Shown piece by piece: positions 1 through 12,512 of a DNA stretch of 64,000 nucleotides; position 1 is the first letter of the stretch; every line of letters starts with the position of its first letter. Where the stretch lies: the NCBI GenBank assembly GCA_002104945.1, contig MCFH01000011.1:62001-126000 (forward strand). Direction: 5' to 3'. The DNA is from Piromyces finnis finn. Taxonomy: Eukaryota; Fungi; Neocallimastigomycota. The translations under genes and the position numbers were made by a program. The notes under the pieces were generated by a model, which did no database searches, was not told the DNA's origin, and was given only the letters and a program-made list of their open reading frames with translations.

Positions 1-342
1 AAAATCGTTTTATAAAGAATAACAAAATAAAATCAAATAGTATTTATAAACTTAATGACAAAATAATAAAAAAATCAACTCTCAGTTTTTAAAATATATA
101 TATATATTTTTTTTCTTTCTTTTTTTTTTTTTTTTTTAGTAATTTACAAATTTTAAAATTTCTATAATTCAAAAAAAAAAAAATATATATATATATATAT
201 ATACAAATAAATTATTTTTAAAATTACTAATTTCAAAATTTGAAATCTAATTATTAAAATCTATCTATATATAATATAATAAGAACAAAGCATTTTAACA
301 TTGTAATATCTATATATTGTTATTTATTTTATATTTTAAAAG

Positions 343-2148
343 TATGTAAAATTCCAAAATCTTCTATTTTATCTGTTAAAACAAGTAGCATAGCAAACAT
401 TTTAGGTAAATTAAATATAAATATAATTATATATATAGTTATATATTAAATATATAAATATATATTGTTTTATATTAGAAATTATTATAATTAATTCTAT
501 ATTCAATTATATCAAATAGAGGAACAACTATTAAAGGGTGGAATTGGTCTTGCAGTTGCTGTAATGTATGAAATTGGTATTGGTGAAAAGTCTAAATGGT
601 ATGGCTATATTCAATCTATTCCAAAAAAGGAGCCATTACCAATGTTTTGGAATGATGACTCTTTCCGTCATTTGGCTGGTACAGAATTAGAAAAGAGCGC
701 CAGAGAAGATCGTGAACTCTTAGAAGGTGATTTTGAATCAGTTGTTTTACCACTAATTGAAACCTATCCAGACGTTTTCACCAAAGAAATTTGTACTTTA
801 GAAAACTTTTTAAATGCTTCTTCTTTAGTTTCTTCTCGAGCCTTCCAAGTTGATAATTACCACGGTGATGCAATGGTTCCATTGGCTGATATGTAATTAT
901 TTTTTTTATAATATTAATATTTATTAATAATAAATGGTTCCAAAAAAAAAAATTTCTAATATATATTCATATAAAAATTTAATATTATAAAAAAAAAAAA
1001 AAATACAATATAACTTCTTTTTATATTAATTCATAGCTTTAATCATAAAACCGGTGCTGAAAATGTTCACTTAGAAACTGAAGGTGATTTATGTGAAATT
1101 TGTGGTAAAATAGAAGAGCTTTGTAGTTGTGATGGTGATAATAATACTGATAATAATGGCCATGACCATGACCATGACCATGAACACGAACACGAACATG
1201 AACATGATGATGAAGATAATAATGAAAATAAAGGAAAAGAAGAAAAATTAAGTCCAGAAGAAGAACAAAAGATTGCTGAAATGATTGATATTCGTATTGT
1301 TAGAGCCTGTAAAAAGGGTGATGAAGTATTTAATACATATGGTGAACATGCTAATGCTTCTTTATTAAATAAATATGGTTTTGCTGAATTAAATAATAAA
1401 TATGATGTTGTTTCAATAGATATTAAAACTATCATGCGTATTATGTGTCCAAATGATCGTAAAAAGCCAAAGATGATTGAAAGAGCTATGTTTTGGTTTG
1501 AAAATAGAATGAAATTTCTTCCACCAGAATTCCATGATCCAAATAATACTGAAAATGATGATGAAATTGAAGATATTAACGATTTCTTCTTTAGATTTGA
1601 AGCCACTACTGAAATTGATCCAGATTTAAGAGGTCTTCTTTTAGTTCAATTAGTTGATGGTGGTCTTTTCCAAAATTGGAAAAAAGACAAAAAAGCTTTC
1701 AACCGTTGGTTAAAATCCCTTCCAACAGAAGAAAAAAAGAGAAAGTTTAATCAACCTTCTTTAAAAGAAAAAATTTGTCAATACGTTTGTCAATTTGCCG
1801 AAGCTAGACTTAAAAATAGTCCAACTACTTTAGAAGAAGATTATGAAGAATTAAAACCAATTGTAATATATTTAATTAAAAGTTTTTTTTTTTTTTAAAG
1901 TATAGAAATTTTAATAATATAATTTTTTTAAATATATATCTATCAATTTTTAGGATGAAGATAAATATAAATTAAAGGAAAAAGTTCCAGAAGATGTTTT
2001 ATACCATCGCTTTGCCTTATTATTAAGAATTGGTGAAAAGGAATTATTAAATAAATATATTAATAGATATAAGGACGGAAAGGATTCTGAAGAAGGAAAG
2101 ACTAATGATACCCAAGAAGAAGAAAGTAATAAAAAGAGAAAACTTTAA
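343..2148 (+). CDS. SET-domain N-lysine methyltransferase, SETD6/Rkm3-Rkm4-like (multi-exon, 5' end not resolved)
   Basis: Exons ~343-405, ~520-892, 1037-~1863 and ~1954-2148 are joined by GT-AG introns. They translate to CKIPKSSILSV..., MYE...KWYGY, SSRAFQVDNYHGDAMVPLADMFNH (SET motif), VFNTYGE..NASLLNKYGF and end EEESNKKRKL*. The start codon was not located. Confidence 0.85.
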
Positions 2149-2674
2149 ATTGATAATAGACCTCTAAAATAGTAAAATCCTTATTTATATAAAAAAAAAA
2201 TAGAAAATTGCTTTATAGTAATCCAAATCATCCTTTTTTTTTTTTCTCAACTTTTAAATGAGAATAAAACAATTTTAATAAAAACAATATTATTTATCCT
2301 ACATTATATTATTTATCTTACATTATATTACTTTTTTCTACTTTATAAAAACACATTTAATCATTTTTTTTTTTTTCATTATAAAACAATTAAAATAAAA
2401 TATACAAAATAATAAACGATATAATATAATATAATATAATATATATAAACATTTTCTAAAATTATTATCAATATATATATATTTCTTTAGTTCTTATTAT
2501 TATTATTATTGATTACTATATTATATATTATTATAATTTTTTTTTATTCTATATTTCTAGAGATAAATAATAAAGTAATTTATGTATTAAATTTAAATCA
2601 TATATTATTATTAATATCCCTAGTCTATTAAAGTATATAAATATTAGGTTATAAATTTTAATTGTTAAATATGC

Positions 2675-2804
<130 letters not shown>

Positions 2805-3118
2805 TGGTTTTGTTTATTTGTTTTTTGTCTTATTTTTTTTTTTTTGTTGTTGCTGTTTTGTTTATGTTTATTTTGTGCTATTGTTTATTTTTTTTATATT
2901 ATATTATTTATTATTTTGCTTTGATTTTTTTCTTTTTTTTTTTTTTTATTTATTTATTTATTTATTATTGTTATTTGTTGATATTATTTATATATAATTA
3001 TATTAAAATTACTTTTTTTTTATACATATATGTTTTAATAAATTAGGTAAAAATATTTTAGTTATAAGTGTTATTTGTTTTTTGTTTTTTGTTTTTTTGG
3101 CTATTACTTAATAGTGAT

Positions 3119-6100
3119 TTAGTCTTTTTTTTCATTATCAAAATCAGGTATTTCTAAGTCATCATCGAAATCCCATGAATTTGATTGTTTCATGGTATTA
3201 TCTTCCATTATATCAATGAGTTTATTATTGCTATCCGGTATATCATTATCAAAATGGAGTAAATCATCTACTTTAACATCATTCTTTACTTCTACGACTG
3301 GTGCACTGTCATTAAGATTAAGTAAATCATCTACTTTAACTTCATTCTTTACTTCTATGGTTGGTACACTGCCATTAAGATCGAGTAAATCATCTACTTT
3401 AACTTCATTCTTTACTTCTACGGCTGGTGCACTGTCATTAAGATCGAGTAAATCATCTACTTTAACCTCTTCTTTAATGGCAGGTGATTCTTCGCTAGGA
3501 TTTATTAAATTATTAGTCTCTTCTTTTAAAGTTTCCTCTGTAGTAATTTCTTTTTTAATTCCCTTTTGGTTCTTTTTATTCTTATTCTTATTTTTTTTAT
3601 TCTTCTTTCCCTTCTTCTTATTTGCCTTAGTACCATTAATCTTTGTTGGTGATTCTGGCTCAATGACTTTTCTGCTAATAGTTTCATATTTGTCACCATC
3701 TTTAACTTCAATAAGTTCTTCCACTACTTCAACAGTTTCAATTATATTTGGATTATTTGGGTCAATTTCATCAACTTCTCTTACAATTTCAATGACCTTT
3801 TCCTCAATAATTTCAACATCATCCATTAATTCACCGTTTTTATTTTGACCTTTAACTACTTCAACAGCTTTCTCAATAATATCTTGATTTTCACTATCCA
3901 TCTTTTCTTCGATATTTTCAGATTCCTTTGATGTTTCTTTTCTATCTGTTTCAGGAATATCTAAATTATCCTTTAAATCTAATAAATCTTCTGTTTCAGT
4001 ATTTTCAGCTTTAGTTTTTTCTTCTTTTGGTTGGTCTTCTATAACCGATTCTTCAACAACTGGTTCTTCAATCTTGATTTCTTCTTCTATTAATGACTTT
4101 TCTACTGTTGATTCTTCAATAACTGGTTTGACTGGTTCTTCTGGCTTCTCTTCTTCAGTTTTAGTTTCTTCAATAATTGGTTCTTCTGGTTTACTTTCTT
4201 CTTTTATTTCTGGAACATCAAAATCATCATTAAAGTCCCATGAACTTACTGGTTCTTCTGGTTTATTTTCTTCATTTATAATTTCTTCAACAATTGGTTT
4301 TTCTGGTTCTTCTGGCTTCTCTTCTTCATTCTTAGTTTCTTCAGCAACAGGTTTTTCTGGTTCTTCTGGTTTCTCTTCTTCATTGTTAATTTCTTCAACA
4401 ACTGGTTCTTCTGGTTTCTTTTCTTCTTTAACTTCTGGAATATCAAAATCATCATTAAAGTCCCATGAACTTGCTGCTTCATTAACCTTTTCTTCATTTT
4501 TAGTTTCTTCAGCAACAGGTTTTTCTGGTTTCTCTTTTTCATTGTTAATTTCTTCAACAACTGGTTCTTCTGGTTTCTTTTCTTCTTTAACTTCTGGAAT
4601 ATCAAAATCATCATTAAAGTCCCATGAACTTGCTGCTTCATTAACCTTTTCTTCATTTTTAGTTTCTTCAGCAACAGGTTTTTCTGGTTCTTCTGGTTTC
4701 TCTTCTTCATTGTTAATTTCTTCAACAACTGGTTCTTCTGGTTTCTTTTCTTCTTTAACTTCTGGAATATCGAAATCATCATTAAAGTCCCATGAACTTA
4801 CTGGTTCTTCTGGTTTATTTTCTTCATTTATAATTTCTTCGATAATTGGTTTTTCTGGTTCTTCTGGCTTCTCTTTTTCAGTTTTAGTTTCTTCAATAAT
4901 TGATTCTTCTGGTTTCTTTTCTTCTTTTATTTCTGGAATATCGAAATCATCATTAAAGTCCCATGAACTTGCTGCTTCATTAACCTTTTCTTCATTTTTA
5001 GTTTCTTCAGCAACAGGTTTTTCTGGTTCTTCTGGTTTCTTTTCTTCTTTAACTTCTGGAATATCGAAATCATCATTAAAGTCCCATGAACTTACTGGTT
5101 CTTCTGGTTTATTTTCTTCATTTATAATTTCTTCAACAATTGGTTTTTCTGGTTCTTCTGGCTTCTCTTCTTCATTCTTAGTTTCTTCAGCAACAGGTTT
5201 TTCTGGTTCTTCTGGCTTCTCTTTTTCAGTTTTAGTTTCTTCAACAATTGGTTCTTCTGGTTTCTTTTCTTCTTTTATTTCTGGAATATCGAAATCATCA
5301 TTAAAGTCCCATGAACTGACTGGTTCTTCTGGTTTATTTTCTTCATTTATAATTTCTTCGATAATTGGTTTTTCTGGTTCTTCTGGCTTCTCTTTTTCAG
5401 TTTTAGTTTCTTCAATAATTGATTCTTCTGGTTTCTTTTCTTCTTTTATTTCTGGAATATCGAAATCATCATTGAAGTCCCATGAACTTGCTGCTTCATT
5501 AGTCTTTTCTTCATTTTTAGTTACTGGTTCTTCTGGCTTCTTTTCTTCTTTTATTTCTGGAATATCGAAATCATCATTAAAGTCCCATGAACTGGCTGGT
5601 TCATTAACCTTTTCCTCATTTCTAATTTCTTCAACAACTGGTGCTTCTGGCTTCTTTTCTTCTTTTATTTCTGGAATATCGAAATCATCATTGAATTCCC
5701 AAGAGCTGACTTGTTCATTGGTCTTTTCTTCATTTTTAACTTCTTTAATTTCTGGCATCATTGGAATTTCAAAATCATTATTAAAGTCCCAAGAATTATT
5801 TGTTTTTTCAATATTCATATTTTTATCAAATACAGCATTATTGTCTGTTTCTTTAATATTTGGGATTTCATTCCAATCATCTTTAATATTAAAATCACCC
5901 CATCCATCAGAAATTTGCTTATTAGTGTTTTCTATCTTGGATTCACTTTTTGTGCTATCTACATTCCAATTATTGCTCTCTGCTGGACCTTCGATATCAT
6001 CTAAATCATCCCAACCACTATTTATTAAATCAGCTTCTTCATTTGCAATGGAATCAAAATCTGATAATACTTTATTCTTTTTACTTGATTCAACATTGCT

Positions 6101-8028
6101 TGATCTAAGAGGTGAAGTTGATTTGTTAAATTTATTGAGTGATAAAACGGAGTTAGAATTTGATAAAGTATTTGGTGAATCATTACTAATTAAGGACATG
6201 ATATCTTCAATTTTTTTATTTTTAACATCGTTTTCTTTCTTCTTTTGAGACTTTAATTTTTGCATTTTATTTAAATCTTCTAACTTTTTTTTCAATGATG
6301 ATTCTTTATTATCCTTCTTTTTACCTAATTTCATTGATTTCATTGATGAACCAGCTGGAGCTTTGTTTACTGAATTAACAGTAGTTGCACCAGTAATAAT
6401 TGGTTTTTTAACAACAGGTTCAGCAAATTCATCATTTTCTTCTAGATTTGATGCAATATTTTCACCAGAAACATTACTTTCTTTATCTAATTTACTTATA
6501 TTATTTTCAATTTTATCAAACTCTTGTTTTTCTTTTTCATCACCTTTTTCATTTCTTATATTCATAGAATTATCATTTTCTTCCGAGTCACTCCAATCAA
6601 AATTCCATCCATCATTTGCTTTTTCATTTTTATCATTAAAGCTATCCCATGCTGATGATGGTGAAACTGGTTTATTAGTCTCTGATATATTAGAAACAAC
6701 AGTTTTCAACTTAGGATCATCATTAGCAATATCATTACTTATTAATTTATCATCTGTAAAATCATTAATTTCATTTTTACTTTCCATGTCCCTTATTTTA
6801 GTTGGACTTTCTTTATTTGGAATTTGTTGGGCTATTATTTTATTATCATTCTTCTTATCTGGAATATTAAAACTATCCTCTTTTTTATTGACGACATCTT
6901 CTTGAAAATCTATTCTTGAATTTGAATTAGAAGATAAATTCAGTGAAGTAGAGGAAATACTGTTTGTATTATTTCTAGATAAAGTTTTTTCTGTTTTTCT
7001 TACAGGACCTGCCTTTATAAAATGATATTTTTCCAATGTTTGAGATTTATTTGAGTATATATTCTTCAATTTCTTAACATTGGATGATGTATCTTCTCCA
7101 ATTAAATTATTTTCTGGACAGTTTGATAAATAATCTAATAAATTGTGGAGGATTAAAATTTCTGAATTTCTTACATTTCTAATTGTAAATCATCAAATAT
7201 ATAGATAAAAATATAAATTATATTAATTTTGATTTTATTTATAATAATATCAGCTAGATTTTTATTAAAAAAAAAAAAAAATAGTTACAAAGTAGATCTT
7301 GGAAGATGTGCTACAAGTAATGTCATTATATATGATGAAACATAATAAAATCCAAATGCATCTGGTTTATTTAGAATATCTTTTAAAAATATATTATTGA
7401 AGAGTGATTGTAATTCATCTTCCTTGAAAAGTTTTATTATAAATTTCATTGTCTTTAATATACTAAGATTTATTGTTTTTGCGGTCTGGCCAACATCAAA
7501 GTCATCCTTATAATAATGTTATATATGTTTATATAATTTTATAATTAATTCCTATTTAATATAATCAATATTTATCATATTTATAAAAGATATTAATATT
7601 AACTTTTTCAATAGAAATAAAATGCTTCCAAAGTTCAACAACTTGATTTAATGATTCAATTTTTTGATCTTTATTATCAGAAATTTGAATACGAACAAAA
7701 TGAGGAATAACAAATCTATTTATTAAAGTATTTATATTAAGATAAGAACTATCACTTTTTTCAGGAATTGCCATTATTTTTTCATTTGCGTTTGAATTTT
7801 TTCTATTTCCAATAGTAGAAAGAGTTTCATCTATATTCTTATCATAATTTTGATTATTACTTTCATTCTTCAAATTGATTTTCATTAATATTTTAGTTAA
7901 TGCATTAAATGAATTTAAATATATATCTTGATCCACATCTTCCAAACCTATCAAAACCTTTAATATTATATTATATACATAGTTATATTAATAAATCATT
8001 TTGAATAAATATTTTTTTCTTGCTTATT

Positions 8029-8077
<49 letters not shown>

Positions 8078-9875
8078 CACCTCTGTAATAATAAGTTCTC
8101 TATTTTTATTTTCCTCATTATCATAGCGAATAAAAGCATCAAAATAATTATCAATTAGCTATCATATAAAATATATATTATTATTTATGAGTATATGTTT
8201 ACTATCACTTTACAATAATATATGTTTTAAATATTACCTTTAATAACACAATACGTGTTCCCCATTGACGTAATTTAATTGTTTCCATAATATATGGAAT
8301 TATTTTATTCTTATAATAATCTTCACTAATCATAATGTTTCCTTTAATTGGGTCTTTAAATATTTCTGAAAAAAGAATGTCAGAAAATGAATCATTTATA
8401 ATTTCTTTCTGTATTATTTCTGGAATAATATTTTTTTCTAATATATCTCTTGACATGAGTTTCATTTTACTTTGTAAGATGCTATTTAGATAATTAATAA
8501 TAATTAATATAATGAATTGTTTATATAATAATATATATTTGAATTTGATTGTTTTCAAAAAAAAAAAAAAAAGAGTCTAAATATTTTAATAAATACCTTA
8601 AGCAATTTCTTCTTTCATTTTCATCTTTAATCTTATAATTCTTAATATACTCCAAAACTTCAATTACAATATTATTGTTGAAAAATGGTTCATTTATAAC
8701 TTCTGTTACTGATTTTCTATTTTGTGGATTTGGATCTTGCATTTCCAATGAAATTTGCTTTAATTGACTCCAATTGATATTTGATGCTTTTTTATCACCT
8801 TTATCACCACCGACATAGAATTCAACTATTTCTTCAATTAATTTTCCAATTAACCAATAATCTCTATGAAAACCATTTTCTTCCTTCTACACAAAAAAAA
8901 TATAATAATAATAAATAATAAAGTAGATATAGTAAAGGTGTTAATAAAACTAGCCGGAATAGCATAATTTAATAAATATTTTTATTAATTTACATTATTT
9001 TTAGCTGGTTGTAATCTTAATGGTATCTTTTCTATAATTTTGTTACTTTCACTTTTTGAAGTACTTATAGGAATAGAGTATTGAAATTCCCCAATCAACC
9101 ATTTTGTATAATTATCTTTTAATCAACAATGTTTAAAAATAATTAGCTTATTTAAAATTTTTTATCTTTATAATGTTTTTTCTTTTAATATACATACTTC
9201 TCGGTACAAAAATAGATTCAAGGCAAATGTTATTATATACTAATTTACAACTTTGATGTAAGAATTCAATTGTTTTCTATATAATAATTTTTATTATATT
9301 AATAATGAATATAAGAGATTTTTAATTGGACAATGATATAATATGTTATTAAAAGAAAAAGTACCAATAAATTAAATATTCCTGTACAAAGATTTTCCGG
9401 TGTTATATCATTTAATACAGAATTTAATGATACAACACTTTCTGTGATAATTGCTGGTGATTCTGAATATATATCAGCATCTCTAAATCTAATAATTCCA
9501 GGATGTCTAATTGTTTTTATTCGCTTTTGTTTTTTTTTTTTTTATTTTGTTTTTTTTTTTACATTTAAAAATTTTACAAATTTAATACAAAAAATAATAA
9601 TGATAATAACGAAAAATAAGTATTCATTTTACTTTATTACTTTATTATTTATTTTATTGTTTATTGTTTACCTGTATAGCATTTTTAAATAAAATATTTT
9701 CTAAATCTTCAGCAGCACCTTTGTCTGATAATTTTAATTTATTTTTATATTTAAATATTGAAACATTATTTGAATTATCCTTTTTCGAAATAGCCTCTAA
9801 TACTGAAAAATAATCATTCTCGATTAAAGTACGTTTTATGTTATAATTTGAAATTCTACTTTCCTGATTACCCAT
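3119..9875 (-). CDS. SCY1-like pseudokinase (SCYL3/SCYL1/Cex1 family) with HEAT region and very long acidic repeat tail
   Basis: The N-terminus MGNQES is a myristoylation-type MG start like SCYL3. The next exon reads IKRIKTIRHPGIIRF...IITESV (SCY1 kinase-like N-lobe). It is followed by MQDPNPQNRKSVTEVINEPFFNN, HEAT-like exons (WGTRIVLLK, LDVGQTAK, VRNSEIL) and the terminal exon containing ORF 3119..7069. Confidence 0.8.
4200..5800 (-). repeat. Coding tandem repeat: 11 modules of SSW[DE]FN[DN]DF[DE][IV]PE plus variable KPEEP/EET linkers
   Basis: AAGTCCCATGAAC recurs 9 times on the + strand between ~4230 and ~5590, with two variant copies near 5695 and 5785. The modules are visible in the 1316-aa ORF translation. 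Confidence 0.95.
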
Positions 9876-10771
9876 TTATTTTTAATTGTGTATTACCTTT
9901 TATATATATAATTTTTGTTTTGTTTATTTAATTATTTATCTTTTTGTTTTCTTGTTTGCTGTTTATTTATTTATACTATTTTAAAGAATATCATATTAAC
10001 ACAAAAAAAAAAAAAAAAAAAAAATCGAAATTGTATTTTTTAGGAACAAAAATGTAATTCCGAAAAAAGAAAATAATAAGAATTGTTTACTTTCTTTATT
10101 AATCTTTATTATAATATTGTTTGTTATTAATTATTATTTCTATTATTATTTTTTTTTTTTTTTTACTTGCTTTTTGTTTTTGTTTTTGTAATATCTATTT
10201 TTAAGTTTTATTTATCTATATTATATTTTTTTTGTAATACTCTTTTATTTACAAATAGTATAAAAAGAAAAGAAAAAAATTCAATGTAAAAATGAATTAT
10301 AAAATTTAATTTACAAAAAAAATATATAATAAAACTTGGTTGGTAAAATAATTTATAAATTTTAATTTATAATATTTTAAATTGTAAATATACAAATGAT
10401 TTCCTACACACACACACACCATCCCATAACATCCATACAGAAACTTTTTTTATATATAAAGTATTCAACTTTTAATAAAAAATTGATTTTAAATAATAAA
10501 AAGAAAAAGAAAAAAAGAAGAGAAAGGATACATATTTTCTTTAAAAGTTTTGCTTCTAAAAGTTTTATTTTTATAAATATAAAAATTGATAATATTATAT
10601 TAATAAAATGATTTGATGGCTATTTATGATGAGGTGTTATCAAAAAATGATTAAGTATTGACAATATTATTATTTTACTAAAAATAACTGGTTTCTATAT
10701 TAAAAAATGAAGGAAGGAGATAATAAAAAAAGACTTTTTATATAATTACAATTTTAAAATTATAATTAATA

Positions 10772-11819
10772 TTACAAGTCATCTAAATCAAGATCTAAGA
10801 ATGATTCTTGTACATCTTCTGGCAATGGGTCCAAACTTAAATGATAACCAATATTGACCTTAGCATCTTCTATCATATTATTATCCGCGTTCTCAACTAT
10901 TAATAATAATTACATAAAAAAAAGAAAAAGAAGAAAAAAAATTAATATAAAAAAACATAAATACTTCAATCAAAACTATATATTATATAAAATCTATCTT
11001 ATGGAGAAAAAAAAAAAAAAAGAGAGAAAAATAATAATAATAATAATAATATATATATATATATATATACCATCATTAAGGGTATCCTCAGTAGTAGTTC
11101 CATTATTTTGATATAAAGCACTTAATCTAAACATTGATTCTTCAGGAATTGGTGGTCTATTTGGTATATTATAAAAGCCATCAGTATCTTTCCAATTTGG
11201 TGGTGCTGAGGTATATGTAGCAATTCTTTGACTATATGATACAAGTTCTTTGTAATCTAATTTATCTAGTTTTTAAAATGTTAATTGTTAATATATATAA
11301 TACAAGGTTTTTTTTATATTAAATTTGAGAATTATATATTTACTTTGATTGGCATCCTTTAAAGTCTTTAATTTTATTTTAGCATTAGATAATACATTTT
11401 CTAATTCTTCTTCAGCCGATTTTAATTTTCGTATTAAAGACAACAATGCAACATTATATATTTCTGAAGTTTTTTGAGCTGATTCGATTTTCTTTTGTAA
11501 ATATTGGTGTTCCTCCACTTTCATTATCATTTTTGTTGTTTTAATATAAAATTTATTAATGTTACTTAAACTACATATATATGATTTATATATGATTTAT
11601 AATAAAATAAGAATAATAATGCTTACATCCATTTAATGCAATTTGCAAACATTTATCAATTTCAATAATATCTTGTATAGTTGTTTGTATTGAAGGTTCT
11701 GGTTTGTTTCCTTGTGATAAAACTTCCATAGAATCAAACAGTTTTTTTATAAGATCTGTATATTTTTGCAATATATCATTAAAAATACTTTTTTGAGAAT
11801 AGCTTCTATTAACTTTCAT
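10772..11819 (-). CDS. MED4: Mediator of RNA polymerase II transcription subunit 4
   Basis: Four exons give MKVNRSYSQKSIFNDILQKY...EEHQYLQKKIE...LDYKELVSYSQRIATYTSAPPNW...PPIPEESMFRLSALY...FLDLDLDDL*. This matches the Med4 'ELLSYA.RI...T..P..W....P.P.E..MR' signature and acidic C-terminus. Confidence 0.8.
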
Positions 11820-12512
11820 TTCTATTATTATTATTTTTTTTTTCACTTTTTTGGTTATCTATAATATTTGATTTGGTGAAAATTTTAATTTTTTAAAATG
11901 TTATTTATATTAACTATGTATTTAATAATTTTATATAAAATATGTTCTTATAATAAATTAGTATTGAATTTTCAATAAATAATTGTTCAAAAAGAATTGC
12001 TCTAATCTATTAATTGTTATATTATTATTAATTCTTTAGTTATTTTATTTCTATTATTATTATTAAAATAGCATTTATTAAAAACAGAAAGATGGTTATT
12101 CTAAATACAAATATATTTTAATATATGTTTTAATAAAATATTAAATATGAAAGAATAATAATAATTATAATAGCAATAATAAACCTTTTATTTCTTTTAA
12201 AACTTTGAATATAAGAACATTTTATAAAAAATAATAAAAATATAATATATATATTAGAATAATATTTTTTAAAATTATTATATATATTAAAATGATTAAT
12301 TAAAATTTTATATATATATATATATATATTATATTTTATATTTTTGATAATGTAGATTAAAATTGTTCTTTCTCTTCTATTTTATAAATCACACCTGTTT
12401 TTTACTTAATTATTAAAAACTATCATTTCAACTATTTGTTATCTAGTATAACTACTATTATATTTTTATTGGAAAATCAAATAATAATACATGTTTCTTC
12501 TTTTTATAAAAA

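Noticed and set aside
3119-3133. C-terminal EKKD of the SCY1-like protein as a COPI dilysine signal
   Set aside because: The lysines are at -2/-3, not the canonical -3/-4 or -3/-5.
3192-6905. Long Ser/Phe/Leu-rich ORFs on the + strand (e.g. 4074..6248) and similar poly-L/I/Y/V ORFs elsewhere
   Set aside because: They are antisense or alternative-frame shadows of repetitive coding exons and microsatellites.
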